A stretch of DNA of 64,000 nt from a bacterium. Its GTDB lineage: Bacteria; Patescibacteriota; Minisyncoccia; Phycocordibacterales; DATDWN01. Each line of letters begins with the position of its first letter. Positions within the stretch are counted from its first letter, which is position 1. Below the pieces are notes generated by a model. The model was not told the DNA's origin. It was given only the letters and a program-made list of their open reading frames with translations, and did no database searches. The position numbers and the translations under genes are program-made. Positions 29,987 through 40,450 of the stretch are shown one piece after another. Location of the stretch: the NCBI GenBank assembly GCA_037134875.1, contig JBAXLH010000004.1, positions 1,233 through 65,232 of the forward strand, read 5' to 3'.

Positions 29987-31741
29987 TTATTCAGAAACAA
30001 CACGCAACACTTCTTCGATTGTTGTCACACTTTGGACAGCTTTGAAAATACCATCCTCAATCATAGTGAGCATCCCTTCCGCCTCGGCCTGCTTTTGTAT
30101 TTCATCTGCCGTGCCTCCTTTTATAATAATATCTTTGATAGGAGTTGAGACTTTGAGTATTTCGTGGATACCAATACGTCCGCTGTACCCTTCTTCGGAA
30201 GCGACACCTTTTTTTGGTCTCCAAAAAGGAACATCTTCCCATTTTGCACTTTTTTCAACAATTTTTTCTTCCCTGAGACAGTCCAAAACCTTGTCGAGAT
30301 TTACTGATTTGCCAAGTGTCTGTAACTCAGCTTTTGAAAGTGTATATTTTTCTTTTTGTTCGGAAAGTCGGCGAATAAGTCGTTGAGCGATAATAACGTT
30401 GATTGTTGAAACAATAAGAAATGGTTCAACTTTCATATCAATAAATCGAGGGATTGCGCCGGCTGCAGAGTTTGTGTGAAGTGTCGAGAGAACAACGTGT
30501 CCAGTGAGTGATGCGTTGATTGCGAGGCTAGCTGTCTCATTATCACGAATTTCACCCACCATAATAATATCTGGATCTTGTCGCACGAGTGTGCGGAGTC
30601 CGTTTGCAAATGTAAAACCGATTTCTGGTTTGACTTGGGTTTGGTTTACACGCTTCATCTGATATTCAATCGGATCTTCGATGGTTGAAATGTTTACGTC
30701 CGGTGTATTGAGAATATCGAGTAGTGTGTAGAGTGTTGTTGTTTTTCCTGAGCCGGTTGGTCCGGTAGCAAGAATCATTCCGGTTGTTGATTTTGTTGCT
30801 TTGTGAAGTCTCTCGAGGCCAGTACCATGAAAGCCGAGAATTTCCAATGTAAATCCAGAGACGGTCTCACGCAATAGTCGCATAACAATTTTTTCCCCAT
30901 AGTACGTGGGCAAAATAGACACACGGAAAGAAACTTTTTCGCCATTCATATCTATTTTAAATCTGCCGTCTTGCGGAAGTCGTTTCTCGTCCAATTTGAG
31001 AGATGACAAGACTTTGATACGTGCCGAAACACTCGGTCCAACATTTTTCGGTAAAATCATCGCATCATGAAGAAGTCCGTCAATACGATATCTTACGAGA
31101 AGCTCGTTTTCTTGGGGTTCAATATGAATGTCCGATGCATTTTGTAAAATAGAGTGTTTGAGAAGTGTGTCTACAATACGAACAACAGGTACATCATCAG
31201 CGAGTTTTTTCAGATCTTGTTCAGAAACATTATCATCCACCATTTCCTCAGGAATATTTTTGAGAGTTGTTGCGTCTTTTTGAATCAAATCTCCAAACTC
31301 TGCTTTGAGACTTTTTTGGTATTGGAGCAGAGCACTCTTCATTGACTCGTTGTTTGTAAGTCGTGGCAAGATTTTGAGTCCAACTTTCTTTTTGACAAAA
31401 TCAATCGCGGTCAAGTCCTGAGTATCGAGCATTGCAACCTCGAGTGTTGTCTCGGTTTTTTTGAATGCTACGATGTTGTGGTTTCGAGCAATCGGTTCCG
31501 GAATGAGAGAGAGAACTTCAAAGGGCAATTTTTCTCCAGAAAGGTCGACAAAAGGAATGCCAAGTATGTACGCTTGCATTCTACGCAAATCATCCTCAGT
31601 CATTTTTCCTTGATTGACAAGAATTTTTCCAATACTTTCTTTGGTCTTTGTACTTTCTTTTTCGGCGACAGATAAATCGGCTCTTGAAACGAGTCCAGAA
31701 TCCAAGATGAATTCTTTGAGTTGTAGCTCATCAATGTGCAT
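29987..31741 (-). CDS. pilB: Type IV pilus assembly ATPase PilB (GspE family)
   Basis: ASDIHIEP, RLPQDGR, GPTGSGKTT, RQDPDIIMVGEIRD, TGHVVLSTLHTN. Confidence 0.94.
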   Translation of the reverse strand: MHIDELQLKEFILDSGLVSRADLSVAEKESTKTKESIGKILVNQGKMTEDDLRRMQAYILGIPFVDLSGEKLPFEVLSLIPEPIARNHNIVAFKKTETTLEVAMLDTQDLTAIDFVKKKVGLKILPRLTNNESMKSALLQYQKSLKAEFGDLIQKDATTLKNIPEEMVDDNVSEQDLKKLADDVPVVRIVDTLLKHSILQNASDIHIEPQENELLVRYRIDGLLHDAMILPKNVGPSVSARIKVLSSLKLDEKRLPQDGRFKIDMNGEKVSFRVSILPTYYGEKIVMRLLRETVSGFTLEILGFHGTGLERLHKATKSTTGMILATGPTGSGKTTTLYTLLDILNTPDVNISTIEDPIEYQMKRVNQTQVKPEIGFTFANGLRTLVRQDPDIIMVGEIRDNETASLAINASLTGHVVLSTLHTNSAAGAIPRFIDMKVEPFLIVSTINVIIAQRLIRRLSEQKEKYTLSKAELQTLGKSVNLDKVLDCLREEKIVEKSAKWEDVPFWRPKKGVASEEGYSGRIGIHEILKVSTPIKDIIIKGGTADEIQKQAEAEGMLTMIEDGIFKAVQSVTTIEEVLRVVSE

Positions 31742-31865
31742 TGAGTTTATTATATCAAAATAAATCAATACCAGCACAAAAATATGTGAATAAAAATCAT
31801 AACTACAAAAAATCGAGAGATTGTATTATTACATCTCTCGATTTTTTATTTTTCAATCAAATTTT

Positions 31866-32186
31866 TTACTGTGTCATTCCGAGATTTGATTGTACATTTA
31901 CCAAATCAACCTCGGCAACCTTCTTGTTTATTTCTTGACCAAATTCTTGGATATCCTTTTCTAATTCATCTGCTTGTTTGTCAAATTCTTCTGTGGCTTC
32001 TTGAATCTGTAGATTTGCTACTTGCTCAATAAGGTTTTCTGCTGTCCCATCCAAAAGTGTTTGGATTTTGTCTACCAGAGCGGGGCTATATGTCTCTTCC
32101 GCATCAATCATTGTGTGAATTTCTTTTTTTAACTCTGGCGAGATGTGAGCCTCGTCTATATGTTTTTTTAATATTGTAAGATCCAT
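31866..32186 (-). CDS. Acidic helical hypothetical protein
   Basis: ORF followed by a terminator-like hairpin at 31807-31846. Confidence 0.6.
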   Translation of the reverse strand: MDLTILKKHIDEAHISPELKKEIHTMIDAEETYSPALVDKIQTLLDGTAENLIEQVANLQIQEATEEFDKQADELEKDIQEFGQEINKKVAEVDLVNVQSNLGMTQ

Positions 32187-32209
32187 ATGTTTATTTATTT
32201 TTTGATCTA

Positions 32210-33031
32210 TTAAGCTCTTGCGTCTTCTAATGCTCTACTGAGGCCACTAATCCCCTTAATTTCATCAAGTTTCGCTCTCACTTCAAGTTTTTTTGCATCC
32301 AATTCATCGATTTTTCTTTCTAGTTTCTCAATTTCTCGATTTTTTCGACTTTCTCGATATTGTTCAACCATTGATTTTTTCCATTTTACAGTTGAATCAA
32401 TTCTATCACTTAAATTTTCTCTGATTGATTTTGCTTTTTCTTGTATCTGAGTTGCTTTTTCCCCTGCCCAACCCTCAAGTTGGCCATATTTCTTATCAAC
32501 CCATTCTTCACCTTGACCAAACTTCACAAATGTCCAATCAACTCCGCTTTCTACTCCAGACTGAACAGATCCTGCAATTTCAGAACTTCTTTCCATAGTT
32601 GCAATTCCCACTTCCTTTGCTTTTTCGACGACGGTATCTTTTAGTTTGCCTGTTCTTTCTGCAATAATCTCCAAATCTTCTCCTGCTTTATCAAAAAGCC
32701 AATCGGGGCCATTTGTTACACCTCCTGCAAGTCGTTCAGTAACGTTTCCTGCAATATGATATCCTTTTGCCCCTGCACCAAGAGCTATGTCAAGAGTGTC
32801 AATTCCCACCTCTTTACCCTTCACCATCATTTTCTTGAGTCCTCCAAATAATTTACTTCCTAAGCCAGAAAACTTTTTTGAGGCATTTTTGATTGCCTCA
32901 ACTGTGTTTGCACGAATTTCTGCACCTGCTTCTTTTACAGAACCCGCCTCCATTTTTTCAATGGCAGGAGTTTGTGAGTCAATCTCCTCTTGTGTCGCAT
33001 TTAGATTAAATATAGATTCTCCACTTTTCAT
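32210..33031 (-). CDS. Amphipathic helical/coiled-coil hypothetical protein
   Basis: Repeated KEVGI segments; C-terminal coiled coil. Confidence 0.6.
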   Translation of the reverse strand: MKSGESIFNLNATQEEIDSQTPAIEKMEAGSVKEAGAEIRANTVEAIKNASKKFSGLGSKLFGGLKKMMVKGKEVGIDTLDIALGAGAKGYHIAGNVTERLAGGVTNGPDWLFDKAGEDLEIIAERTGKLKDTVVEKAKEVGIATMERSSEIAGSVQSGVESGVDWTFVKFGQGEEWVDKKYGQLEGWAGEKATQIQEKAKSIRENLSDRIDSTVKWKKSMVEQYRESRKNREIEKLERKIDELDAKKLEVRAKLDEIKGISGLSRALEDARA

Positions 33032-33226
33032 AATAAATAGTGTTTATATTAATAATAAAACAAGGTAATTATACCATTATTCTATTCTCTGACACAAGAG
33101 ATATGCACAGGTATGGGATATTTGACAAAATACACCTAGATATGATACTATATATGTGTTATAGAGATTGTACGTACGTTCGCCTCACGGCGGGCTAATT
33201 TTTTACCAAAAATTTAATATATACAT

Positions 33227-34372
33227 ATGATTGATTTAAAAATAATCAACTCGGTGCTCGCTCAACTTGAAGAAGAAAGAGGAATTCCCCGAGAAAAAAT
33301 AATAGAGGCAATTGAGCTCGCTTTGGCGACTGCTTATAAAAAGGAGTATGGCAAAAAAGGCCAGATTGTTCGCGCTAAATTCGACCTTAACACCGGCAAA
33401 ACAGAGATGTTCCAAGTTAAAATTGTCGTAGATGAATCAAAGGTTGTTATGGAGAAAGAAGAGGATGAAGAGCTTCCAGAAGATAAGGTTTTGTTCAATC
33501 CAGAGCATCATATCCTCATAGGTGACGCACGACGCATCAAAAAAGACGTTGTTTTGGACGAGGAACTCGTATTCCCTCTTGAAGGACAGGAGGATTATGG
33601 ACGAATCGCAGCTCAGACAGCAAAACAGGTTATTATGCAAAAGATCCGAGAGGCAGAAAAAGTCAGTATTTTGGCTGAATATGGCAAACGTGAAGGAGAA
33701 ATTGTCTCCGGAACAGTCCAGAGAATAGAAAGAGGCAATGTGTTTGTTGATATGAGCCGTGCACCAGGACTCCTCTCATACGAGGAACAGATTCCCGGAG
33801 AAAGATTTGCTCAGGGCGAGCGTGTACGAGCATATTTGTACAAAGTAGAGGAAAATGTTAAAGGAATCTTCCTTCGACTCTCTCGTTCACATCCAAAATT
33901 CCTCGAGAAACTCTTTGAAATTGAAACTCCCGAGTTGTCGAGTGGAATAGTGACTATCAAGTCAATCGCGCGTGAAGCGGGTTCCCGAACAAAAATCGCA
34001 GTTAGCTCAAGTGACCCGCATATTGACCCTGTTGGTTCAATGGTGGGACAGCGAGGTGTGCGTGTCTCAACTGTTATGTCAGAGCTCGGTGGCGAGAAAA
34101 TTGACATTATTGAATGGTCCGAGGATCCAAAGAAATTTATTGAGGATGCTCTCTCCCCTGCCAAAGTCATTTCTGTGGCTATAAACAGCGAGGAAAAGCA
34201 GGCTACAGTTACTGTGTCAGAAGACCAACAGTCGCTCGCTATTGGTAAAGGTGGTCAAAATGTACGACTTGCGGCAAAACTCACTGGTTGGAAAATTGAT
34301 ATTCAGTCAATAAAAAACGACTTTGCAGATGAAAAAACCGAAGAAAAAGAGCTTGAAACTGAATTCGAATAA
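33227..34372 (+). CDS. nusA: Transcription termination/antitermination factor NusA
   Basis: YGRIAAQTAKQV, AREAGSRTKIAV, LAIGKGGQNVRLA; upstream TTGACA at 33122. Confidence 0.97.
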   Translation: MIDLKIINSVLAQLEEERGIPREKIIEAIELALATAYKKEYGKKGQIVRAKFDLNTGKTEMFQVKIVVDESKVVMEKEEDEELPEDKVLFNPEHHILIGDARRIKKDVVLDEELVFPLEGQEDYGRIAAQTAKQVIMQKIREAEKVSILAEYGKREGEIVSGTVQRIERGNVFVDMSRAPGLLSYEEQIPGERFAQGERVRAYLYKVEENVKGIFLRLSRSHPKFLEKLFEIETPELSSGIVTIKSIAREAGSRTKIAVSSSDPHIDPVGSMVGQRGVRVSTVMSELGGEKIDIIEWSEDPKKFIEDALSPAKVISVAINSEEKQATVTVSEDQQSLAIGKGGQNVRLAAKLTGWKIDIQSIKNDFADEKTEEKELETEFE

Positions 34373-34380
34373 CTAAATTC

Positions 34381-34430
34381 ACAAAAACAGCCCGTACGCG
34401 TCTAAAAGACTGTGTGCAGGCTGTTTTTGT
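34381..34430 (+). terminator. Intrinsic terminator after nusA
   Basis: ACAAAAACAGCC...GGCTGTTTTTGT inverted repeat. Confidence 0.7.
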
Positions 34431-34499
34431 ATGTGGAAAACTATTTTTGTAGTATAATGACCACTAGATTTACAGATTTTATTAAATAATCAATTTACA

Positions 34500-35198
34500 A
34501 TGAAAAAGACAAAAATTTATTCAATATTTATATTTGTGGCTGTTTTGGGATTAGTTTCAACCTCATACGCACAAGTCGGTAAAAAAGATTCAGGCAAAAA
34601 TGAAGGCATTGCAACATCTACAAGAGCTCTCATAAAAGAAAAAGAGAACGAAATTAAAAAACTTGTCACAGACAAGAAGGTTGCTTCGTCAACAGTACAG
34701 GAGCTAAGAGATCGTGTCGCATCAACAACCAAAGAAATAAAAGACCGTGTTGCGTCAGGAACAGAAAATAAAATTCAAAAAATTGAAAATAGAATTGACA
34801 ATAAGTTCGGAGGAATGACACTCAAATTTCAAGCAACAATAGATAGAGTGAGTGGGATTGCCGACAAAGTCACAACACGAATCGCAAAGATAAAGGCTGC
34901 AAATGGAACAACAACAGTTGCAGAAAAACTTGTTACAGATGCTCGGGCACTTATTGAGAAAGCAAAAGTTTCGTTTGCTACACTGAAAACGCTCACGGAT
35001 TCAATTGGCACTTCAACTCCAACAGAGACAGCATCCTCAACACGAACAGTATTCAAAGATATGCAAAAAGCATCAAATGATTCACAAAAATATTTGAAAC
35101 AAGCACAAAATTTACTGGAAAAAGCAGTTGGTAGCCTCAAAGGAGTAAGTACAACAGAAAAAGGTAACGCAAGTACAACACCAAAAATTAAAAATTAA
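34500..35198 (+). CDS. Secreted coiled-coil protein
   Basis: Signal peptide; repeated VASST/VASTT/VASGT. Confidence 0.65.
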   Translation: MKKTKIYSIFIFVAVLGLVSTSYAQVGKKDSGKNEGIATSTRALIKEKENEIKKLVTDKKVASSTVQELRDRVASTTKEIKDRVASGTENKIQKIENRIDNKFGGMTLKFQATIDRVSGIADKVTTRIAKIKAANGTTTVAEKLVTDARALIEKAKVSFATLKTLTDSIGTSTPTETASSTRTVFKDMQKASNDSQKYLKQAQNLLEKAVGSLKGVSTTEKGNASTTPKIKN

Positions 35199-35224
35199 AT
35201 TTATTAACACATAACTAAATTATT

Positions 35225-35503
35225 ATGGAAGAGAAAAAAATTGGAATAGGTTCAACAGTCGGAACAATCATCATCATCGCTCTCATTGTACTTGGCGGGT
35301 TATATTTCTGGGGTAAACGAATCGAGGAATCAAAAAATATACAACAAATGACTTCTGACACTACACAGACAACTGCCGATCAAAGTGAAGCGGCGGTTAT
35401 AAAAACACTTACACCAGATGATGAAATTAGCTCAATCGAGCAAGATCTCAAAAACACAAATGTTGATAGTCTTGGCTCAGAACTTCAGGTTCAGGCTCAG
35501 TAA
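35225..35503 (+). CDS. Small single-pass membrane protein
   Basis: GTIIIIALIVLGGLYFWG. Confidence 0.65.
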   Translation: MEEKKIGIGSTVGTIIIIALIVLGGLYFWGKRIEESKNIQQMTSDTTQTTADQSEAAVIKTLTPDDEISSIEQDLKNTNVDSLGSELQVQAQ

Positions 35504-35592
35504 AAACTCACGTTTCAATAGAAAGTAACAACCGGCCACTCGGCTGGTTTTTACTTGCCAATTTGGTTCGAAAAATATAGACTGTCAATACT

Positions 35593-36660
35593 ATGTCAAA
35601 GAATTATACAAATATTGTGGTCAATTCCCTGCCGGACAGGGAGGTAGAGATTATCGGAGAAATTACAGCTGAGAAAATGTCTCTCACCAGAGAAAAAGCA
35701 CTCAAGAAAATAAAGGAAGATATTGAGATTGATGGTTTTCGCAAAGGCAACGCACCAGACGCTCTCGTTGCGCAAAAAGTCGGTGAAATGAGACTTTTGG
35801 AAGAGGCCGCAGAGATTGCGCTTTCCGAGGAGTACCCACAGATTTTGGAAGAACACAATATTGATGCTATCGGCAGACCAGAAATTACTATTACAAAACT
35901 CGCTATTGGCAATCCTCTTGAATTCAAAGTCAAAACATTTTTGGTGCCAGATATTAAACTTGGTGACTACAAAAAATCTGCAAAGGAAGAAAATGCAAAG
36001 GAAAAGAAAATTCCGGAAGTAACAGATGCAGAAGTGGAGGATGTTATAAAAAATGTGAGACAAAACATTGCTCACCAGAAAATGCACGAGCAAAACGGAC
36101 TCGACGAACATACCCACAATCACGGTGAAATCAAAGATGAGGATTTGCCGGCAGTTGACGATGAATTTGCCAAAATGCTCGGCTTCAAAGATGTTGCTGA
36201 AATGAATGCAAAGATAAAAGAAAACATTGGTAAAGAAAAAGAAATAAAAGAAAAAGACAAAGTCCGTGTTGCGATCCTAGAAAATATTATTGGTAATTCA
36301 AAAATTGATTTGCCAAAAATTATCGTCGATGGTGAGATGGACAAAATGCTCGCACAGTTCAAAGATGATATTGCACGATCAGGTGTTTCGTACGAAGAAT
36401 ACTTGAAACATATCAAGAAAACAGAAGATGATTTGCGAAAGGAGTGGAGCGAAACAGCAGTCAAACGTGCAAAGTCACAGGTCACACTCAATGAAATTGC
36501 AAAAGCCGAACATATTTCGCCAGCAGAAAACGAAGTAAAAAAAGAAATGGAAAATATACTCGCTCATTACAAAGACGCTGATCGTTTTCGAGTGAGAATG
36601 TATGTTGAAACATTTATGACTAACGAGCTTGTATTCAAGTTTCTTGAAAATCAAAAATAA
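35593..36660 (+). CDS. tig: Trigger factor lacking the PPIase domain
   Basis: IDGFRKGNAP ribosome-binding motif; LPAVDDEFAK follows the N-domain after only a short linker. Confidence 0.9.
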   Translation: MSKNYTNIVVNSLPDREVEIIGEITAEKMSLTREKALKKIKEDIEIDGFRKGNAPDALVAQKVGEMRLLEEAAEIALSEEYPQILEEHNIDAIGRPEITITKLAIGNPLEFKVKTFLVPDIKLGDYKKSAKEENAKEKKIPEVTDAEVEDVIKNVRQNIAHQKMHEQNGLDEHTHNHGEIKDEDLPAVDDEFAKMLGFKDVAEMNAKIKENIGKEKEIKEKDKVRVAILENIIGNSKIDLPKIIVDGEMDKMLAQFKDDIARSGVSYEEYLKHIKKTEDDLRKEWSETAVKRAKSQVTLNEIAKAEHISPAENEVKKEMENILAHYKDADRFRVRMYVETFMTNELVFKFLENQK

Positions 36661-36666
36661 AAATAT

Positions 36667-36882
36667 ATGACAAAATTAAAAAGATTGTTTTTGTATATTA
36701 CAAACAACGAGGAGGTTTCGCGACATGAGGAGGAGTTTGATATCGCTTTCTTTATCGTAAACTCGATTGCATCTGTGTTTGGTGTGTATATGTTTATTCT
36801 TCACGGTGAGCCACAATGGATTCCGGTGCTCATTATTGAATATACGTGGGCACTCGATAATATGCGACACAACAGACCATAA
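36667..36882 (+). CDS. Small membrane hypothetical protein
   Basis: Starts 6 nt after tig; hydrophobic; followed by a terminator. Confidence 0.6.
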   Translation: MTKLKRLFLYITNNEEVSRHEEEFDIAFFIVNSIASVFGVYMFILHGEPQWIPVLIIEYTWALDNMRHNRP

Positions 36883-36886
36883 TCAA

Positions 36887-36924
36887 AAAAACAAAAAACT
36901 CACAGATCTGTGAGTTTTTTGTTT
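36887..36924. terminator. Bidirectional terminator
   Basis: Perfect palindrome AAAACAAAAAACTCACAGATCTGTGAGTTTTTTGTTTT between convergent genes. Confidence 0.75.
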
Positions 36925-36933
36925 TGAATTTTT

Positions 36934-37470
36934 TTAAATCGGTCGTCTCATTTTCTTCCCTCCGCGATAGCCAATCAGATATTTTTGAGGATTTTCATCG
37001 AGATCAATAAAGTCATCTGCAATCTCAATGAGTTTTGCTGACGATGCTTTGCCAAACGACATTACTTCTACTTGGCATCCCTGCACTTTCAAATATTCAA
37101 CGAGAGGCACAAAATCTCCGTCTCCAGAAATAATGATAATCGCATCCAGTTTCTGGGCGAGTTTGATAGCGTCCACAGCGAGACCAACATCCCAATCTGC
37201 TTTTTTTGCACCACCGGCAAATATCTGCAAATTTTTTGTTTTTGTTTCGATGCCGATTTTTTCCAGAGCCTCAAAAAAGTTTTTTTCGTCTCCTGATTCT
37301 GTCGTGATAACGTACGCGACTGCACGTGTCAGGATTCGTCCCGACAAACCGTCTTTGACCACTTGGTCAAAATTCACCTTTGCGCCATAAATATTTTTTG
37401 CGCAGTGATATAAGTTTTGCGTGTCTATAAAAATTCCGACACGCTGACTTTTTTGTTTAATGATAGCCAT
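36934..37470 (-). CDS. NYN domain (LabA/DUF88) protein
   Basis: IFIDTQNLY, KADWDVGLAVD, ISGDGDFVPL. Confidence 0.9.
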   Translation of the reverse strand: MAIIKQKSQRVGIFIDTQNLYHCAKNIYGAKVNFDQVVKDGLSGRILTRAVAYVITTESGDEKNFFEALEKIGIETKTKNLQIFAGGAKKADWDVGLAVDAIKLAQKLDAIIIISGDGDFVPLVEYLKVQGCQVEVMSFGKASSAKLIEIADDFIDLDENPQKYLIGYRGGKKMRRPI

Positions 37471-37591
37471 AAAATTATTAAAATTAGTACTTAGTATTAA
37501 ATCTTATATTATTAAAAAATTGTTTTCGACCTCTACCCTGTCACAGTATATCAAATTTGAAGAAAAAAGTTGTACAAGTAATTTCGGAATC

Positions 37592-37790
37592 ACAATCTTT
37601 CCAAGACATTGCGCAGGAAATTAGAAAACAACGACGAAAACAAAGTAAGCTCGAAGCACTCAACCCCTCTGCAAGAAGGGGCGACTGAAAGGAGTTTGCG
37701 AGAGAGCTACGTGTTGAGGAGATTGTTTTCTTGATTTCCGAGCATAGCAAAAGCCCTAGTAGGGCTTTATGCGTGTCTTGGAAAGATTGT
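37592..37790 (+). repeat. Structured element family A, expanded copy
   Basis: 17-bp perfect outer stem ACAATCTTTCCAAGACA/TGTCTTGGAAAGATTGT, TTGCGCAG junction, long inner arm, CGAGCA junction and second arm. Confidence 0.8.
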
Positions 37791-37801
37791 AATGAGAAAC
37801 T

Positions 37802-38068
37802 TTATTTCTTCAAACCGAGTTTTTTGTTGAGTGCGTTGAAGCGTTTTGGGGATTTCTTTTCCAAATATTTCATATGGGTTTTTCTGTCAGCCACCATTTG
37901 GAGAAGTCCACGTCGTGAATGGTTATCTTTTGGATTTTTCTTGAGATGGAGTGCCAATTCGTCGATTCGCTTTGTCAAAACAGCCACCTGTACTTCAGGA
38001 GAGCCGGTATCTTTGTCGTGAACCTGCACGTCTTTGATAACTTTTGTTTTTTTGGTTTTCGTAAGCAT
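37802..38068 (-). CDS. rpsO: 30S ribosomal protein S15
   Basis: DTGSPEVQVAVLT, KDNHSRRGLLQMV. Confidence 0.97.
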   Translation of the reverse strand: MLTKTKKTKVIKDVQVHDKDTGSPEVQVAVLTKRIDELALHLKKNPKDNHSRRGLLQMVADRKTHMKYLEKKSPKRFNALNKKLGLKK

Positions 38069-38192
38069 TGTTCCCAAAGGATAGCATATATTGTTAATTA
38101 AAGCAAGGTTATGACCTGTGTCAAAATATGGCCTATTATATAAACAAAATAGTGAATATTGTGCGACGTGTGGTGTGATATACTATGAATAT

Positions 38193-39107
38193 ATGAATTC
38201 TCTCAAAAAACTCAAACAACAGTTTTTGGAATATGTGGAGATAGAACGAGGCCGATCGATCAAAACTGTTGAAAATTATGACAGATATTTGACCCGTTTC
38301 TTGGGTTTTCTCAAAAAAGACTCCCCTACCGACATTACAGATACATCTGTACGTGAGTTCCGTCTCTGGCTCAATCGCCAAACAAACGGTGGGGTCAAGA
38401 AAAATTCTGATACTTTGTCAAAGAGAACACAAAACTACTATTTGATTGCACTTCGAGCCTTTCTCAAATACCTCGCACGTCAAGAAATCAAAACAATGCC
38501 AGCAGAGAGAATCGAGCTTGCAAAAGTGTCCGAGCGCTCACTCGATCTTATTTCAAGCGACGAACTCGTGCGTCTCCTCAAAGCGCCGAGTGGCAGTGAT
38601 GTTAAAAGTTTGCGCGACAGAGCTATTTTGGAACTTCTCTTTTCGACAGGACTGCGTGTGACGGAGCTCTGTTCCCTTCCGAGAGATATCAATTTGAAAT
38701 CAGATGAGCTGTCTATTCGCGGAAAAGGTGGCAAGGTGCGCGTGGTATTTCTCTCGGAAAAAGCAAAAGAATGTGTCAAAGAGTACCTCAAAGAGCGCAA
38801 AGATATGAGTGACGCACTCTTTGTCAGAGTTCCCACAAAGGGCCAAAAAGATATTTCTGGTCCTCTCGACCGTCATTCAGTCGAGGCAATGGTCAAACAC
38901 TATGCAATCAAGTCCGGCATATCAAAAAAAGTGACTCCACACACTATTCGACACTCATTTGCCACCGATCTCCTTTCAAATGGTGCTGATTTGCGTAGTG
39001 TGCAGGCGCTCCTTGGTCACGCAAACATAGGCACAACGCAAATTTACACACACGTGACGGACAAACACCTCAAAGAAGTACATAAAAAATTTCATAATAA
39101 AAGTTAA
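38193..39107 (+). CDS. XerC/XerD-like tyrosine recombinase
   Basis: RDRAILELLFSTGLR, HTIRHSFAT, LGHANIGTTQIYTH. Confidence 0.92.
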   Translation: MNSLKKLKQQFLEYVEIERGRSIKTVENYDRYLTRFLGFLKKDSPTDITDTSVREFRLWLNRQTNGGVKKNSDTLSKRTQNYYLIALRAFLKYLARQEIKTMPAERIELAKVSERSLDLISSDELVRLLKAPSGSDVKSLRDRAILELLFSTGLRVTELCSLPRDINLKSDELSIRGKGGKVRVVFLSEKAKECVKEYLKERKDMSDALFVRVPTKGQKDISGPLDRHSVEAMVKHYAIKSGISKKVTPHTIRHSFATDLLSNGADLRSVQALLGHANIGTTQIYTHVTDKHLKEVHKKFHNKS

Positions 39108-39136
39108 AACTCGTGATAATATAAAACAACAAAAAT

Positions 39137-39934
39137 ATGAAAATCATCTCATGGAACGTAAATGGTTTGCGTGCGGTGCACAAAAAAAATCTTTTTCTGC
39201 CATTTGTACAAGAATACAAACCGGATATTATTTGTTTGCAGGAAATCAAATCAAAAAAAGATCAGAACGATATTGATTTGCAGGGGTATGAAGAGTTTTG
39301 GAATCCAGCAGAAAAACCTGGCTACGCCGGCACAGCTATTTTTAGCAAAACAAAACCATTAGATGTTGTACTCGGTTTGCCAGAGAAAATCAGAGAGAAA
39401 TACAAACTAGACGATGACGCCTATGGTGATCCAAATACAGAAGGCCGAGTAACTACTGCAGAGTACGAACGATTTTTTATTGTTACAGTGTACACACCAA
39501 ATTCAAAACCAGACTTATCGCGTCTCAGTTTGAGACACAAAAAGTGGGACAAGGCATTTTTGGAATATGTTGATGAATTACAAAAGAAAAAACCAGTTAT
39601 TTTCTGTGGAGATTTGAACGTGGCTCATACAGAGGATGACCTAGCAAATCCAAAACAAAATGTAGGAGAACATGGTTTTACAGCTGAAGAACGAGAAGGT
39701 GCGGACAATATGATCAAAGCTGGATTTATTGATACGTTCAGATTGTTTACAAAAGGAAATGGTCACTACACATGGTGGACTCACTGGGCAAATGCACGTG
39801 CGCGAAATGTTGGATGGAGGATAGATTATTTCTTTGCAAGTAGTTCTCTCATACCAAAAATAAAATCATCACAAATTCTCGCGAGTGTTTTAGGCTCCGA
39901 CCACTGCCCTATTTTGCTGGAGATTGATCTATAG
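39137..39934 (+). CDS. xth: Exodeoxyribonuclease III
   Basis: SWNVNGLR, LQEIK, GDLNVAH, GWRIDY, SDHCP. Confidence 0.95.
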   Translation: MKIISWNVNGLRAVHKKNLFLPFVQEYKPDIICLQEIKSKKDQNDIDLQGYEEFWNPAEKPGYAGTAIFSKTKPLDVVLGLPEKIREKYKLDDDAYGDPNTEGRVTTAEYERFFIVTVYTPNSKPDLSRLSLRHKKWDKAFLEYVDELQKKKPVIFCGDLNVAHTEDDLANPKQNVGEHGFTAEEREGADNMIKAGFIDTFRLFTKGNGHYTWWTHWANARARNVGWRIDYFFASSSLIPKIKSSQILASVLGSDHCPILLEIDL

Positions 39935-39989
39935 TCTCTCAGTAATTTTTTTATATCACTTTTTTTAAGACATTGCGCAGGTATTCAAG

Positions 39990-40100
39990 AAACAACCTCC
40001 TGAAAAGTTTTTTGGAACATTGCGAGCGCGACGGCGCGAACACGAGGAATTTTTCAGCAGAAAAATATCCGTTTCCAAAAAACTTTTCAGGAGGTTGTTT
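39990..40100 (+). repeat. Structured element family A copy
   Basis: Perfect ~28-bp outer stem AAACAACCTCCTGAAAAGTTTTTTGGAA; preceded by fragment AAGACATTGCGCAGG identical to 37603-37617. Confidence 0.92.
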
Positions 40101-40450
40101 TAAACTTATCCACAGTTATTTTTATTTTGTCCTTTACTTGTCTTTTATAAGATATACAATTACATCAGAGCCGAAATAAGATGTCCTTAAGAAACTTTAA
40201 AGACGGATCATTTCATTGTTCTTTGTTTGTATGTGTTGTACATTTTTTGGTCTTGGCCAGACCCCTATTTAAAGAGGACCTTCTGGGTTCTACGGAGATA
40301 AGGAATAAACGACTTCTCACTATCTACTATATTTTTTTGGAGTCACGTTATTATCACTTTCTTCATAAGAGCACTGGGACAATCCTTTTTTCCCCAACCG
40401 CTCAAACACTTGCTTAAACTTGCTTGTCGTTGGGCGGTTTTTTGCATACC

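Noticed and set aside
38193-39107. Prophage or island integrase
   Set aside because: Looks like a housekeeping XerC/D-type enzyme between rpsO and xth with no phage genes or att repeats nearby
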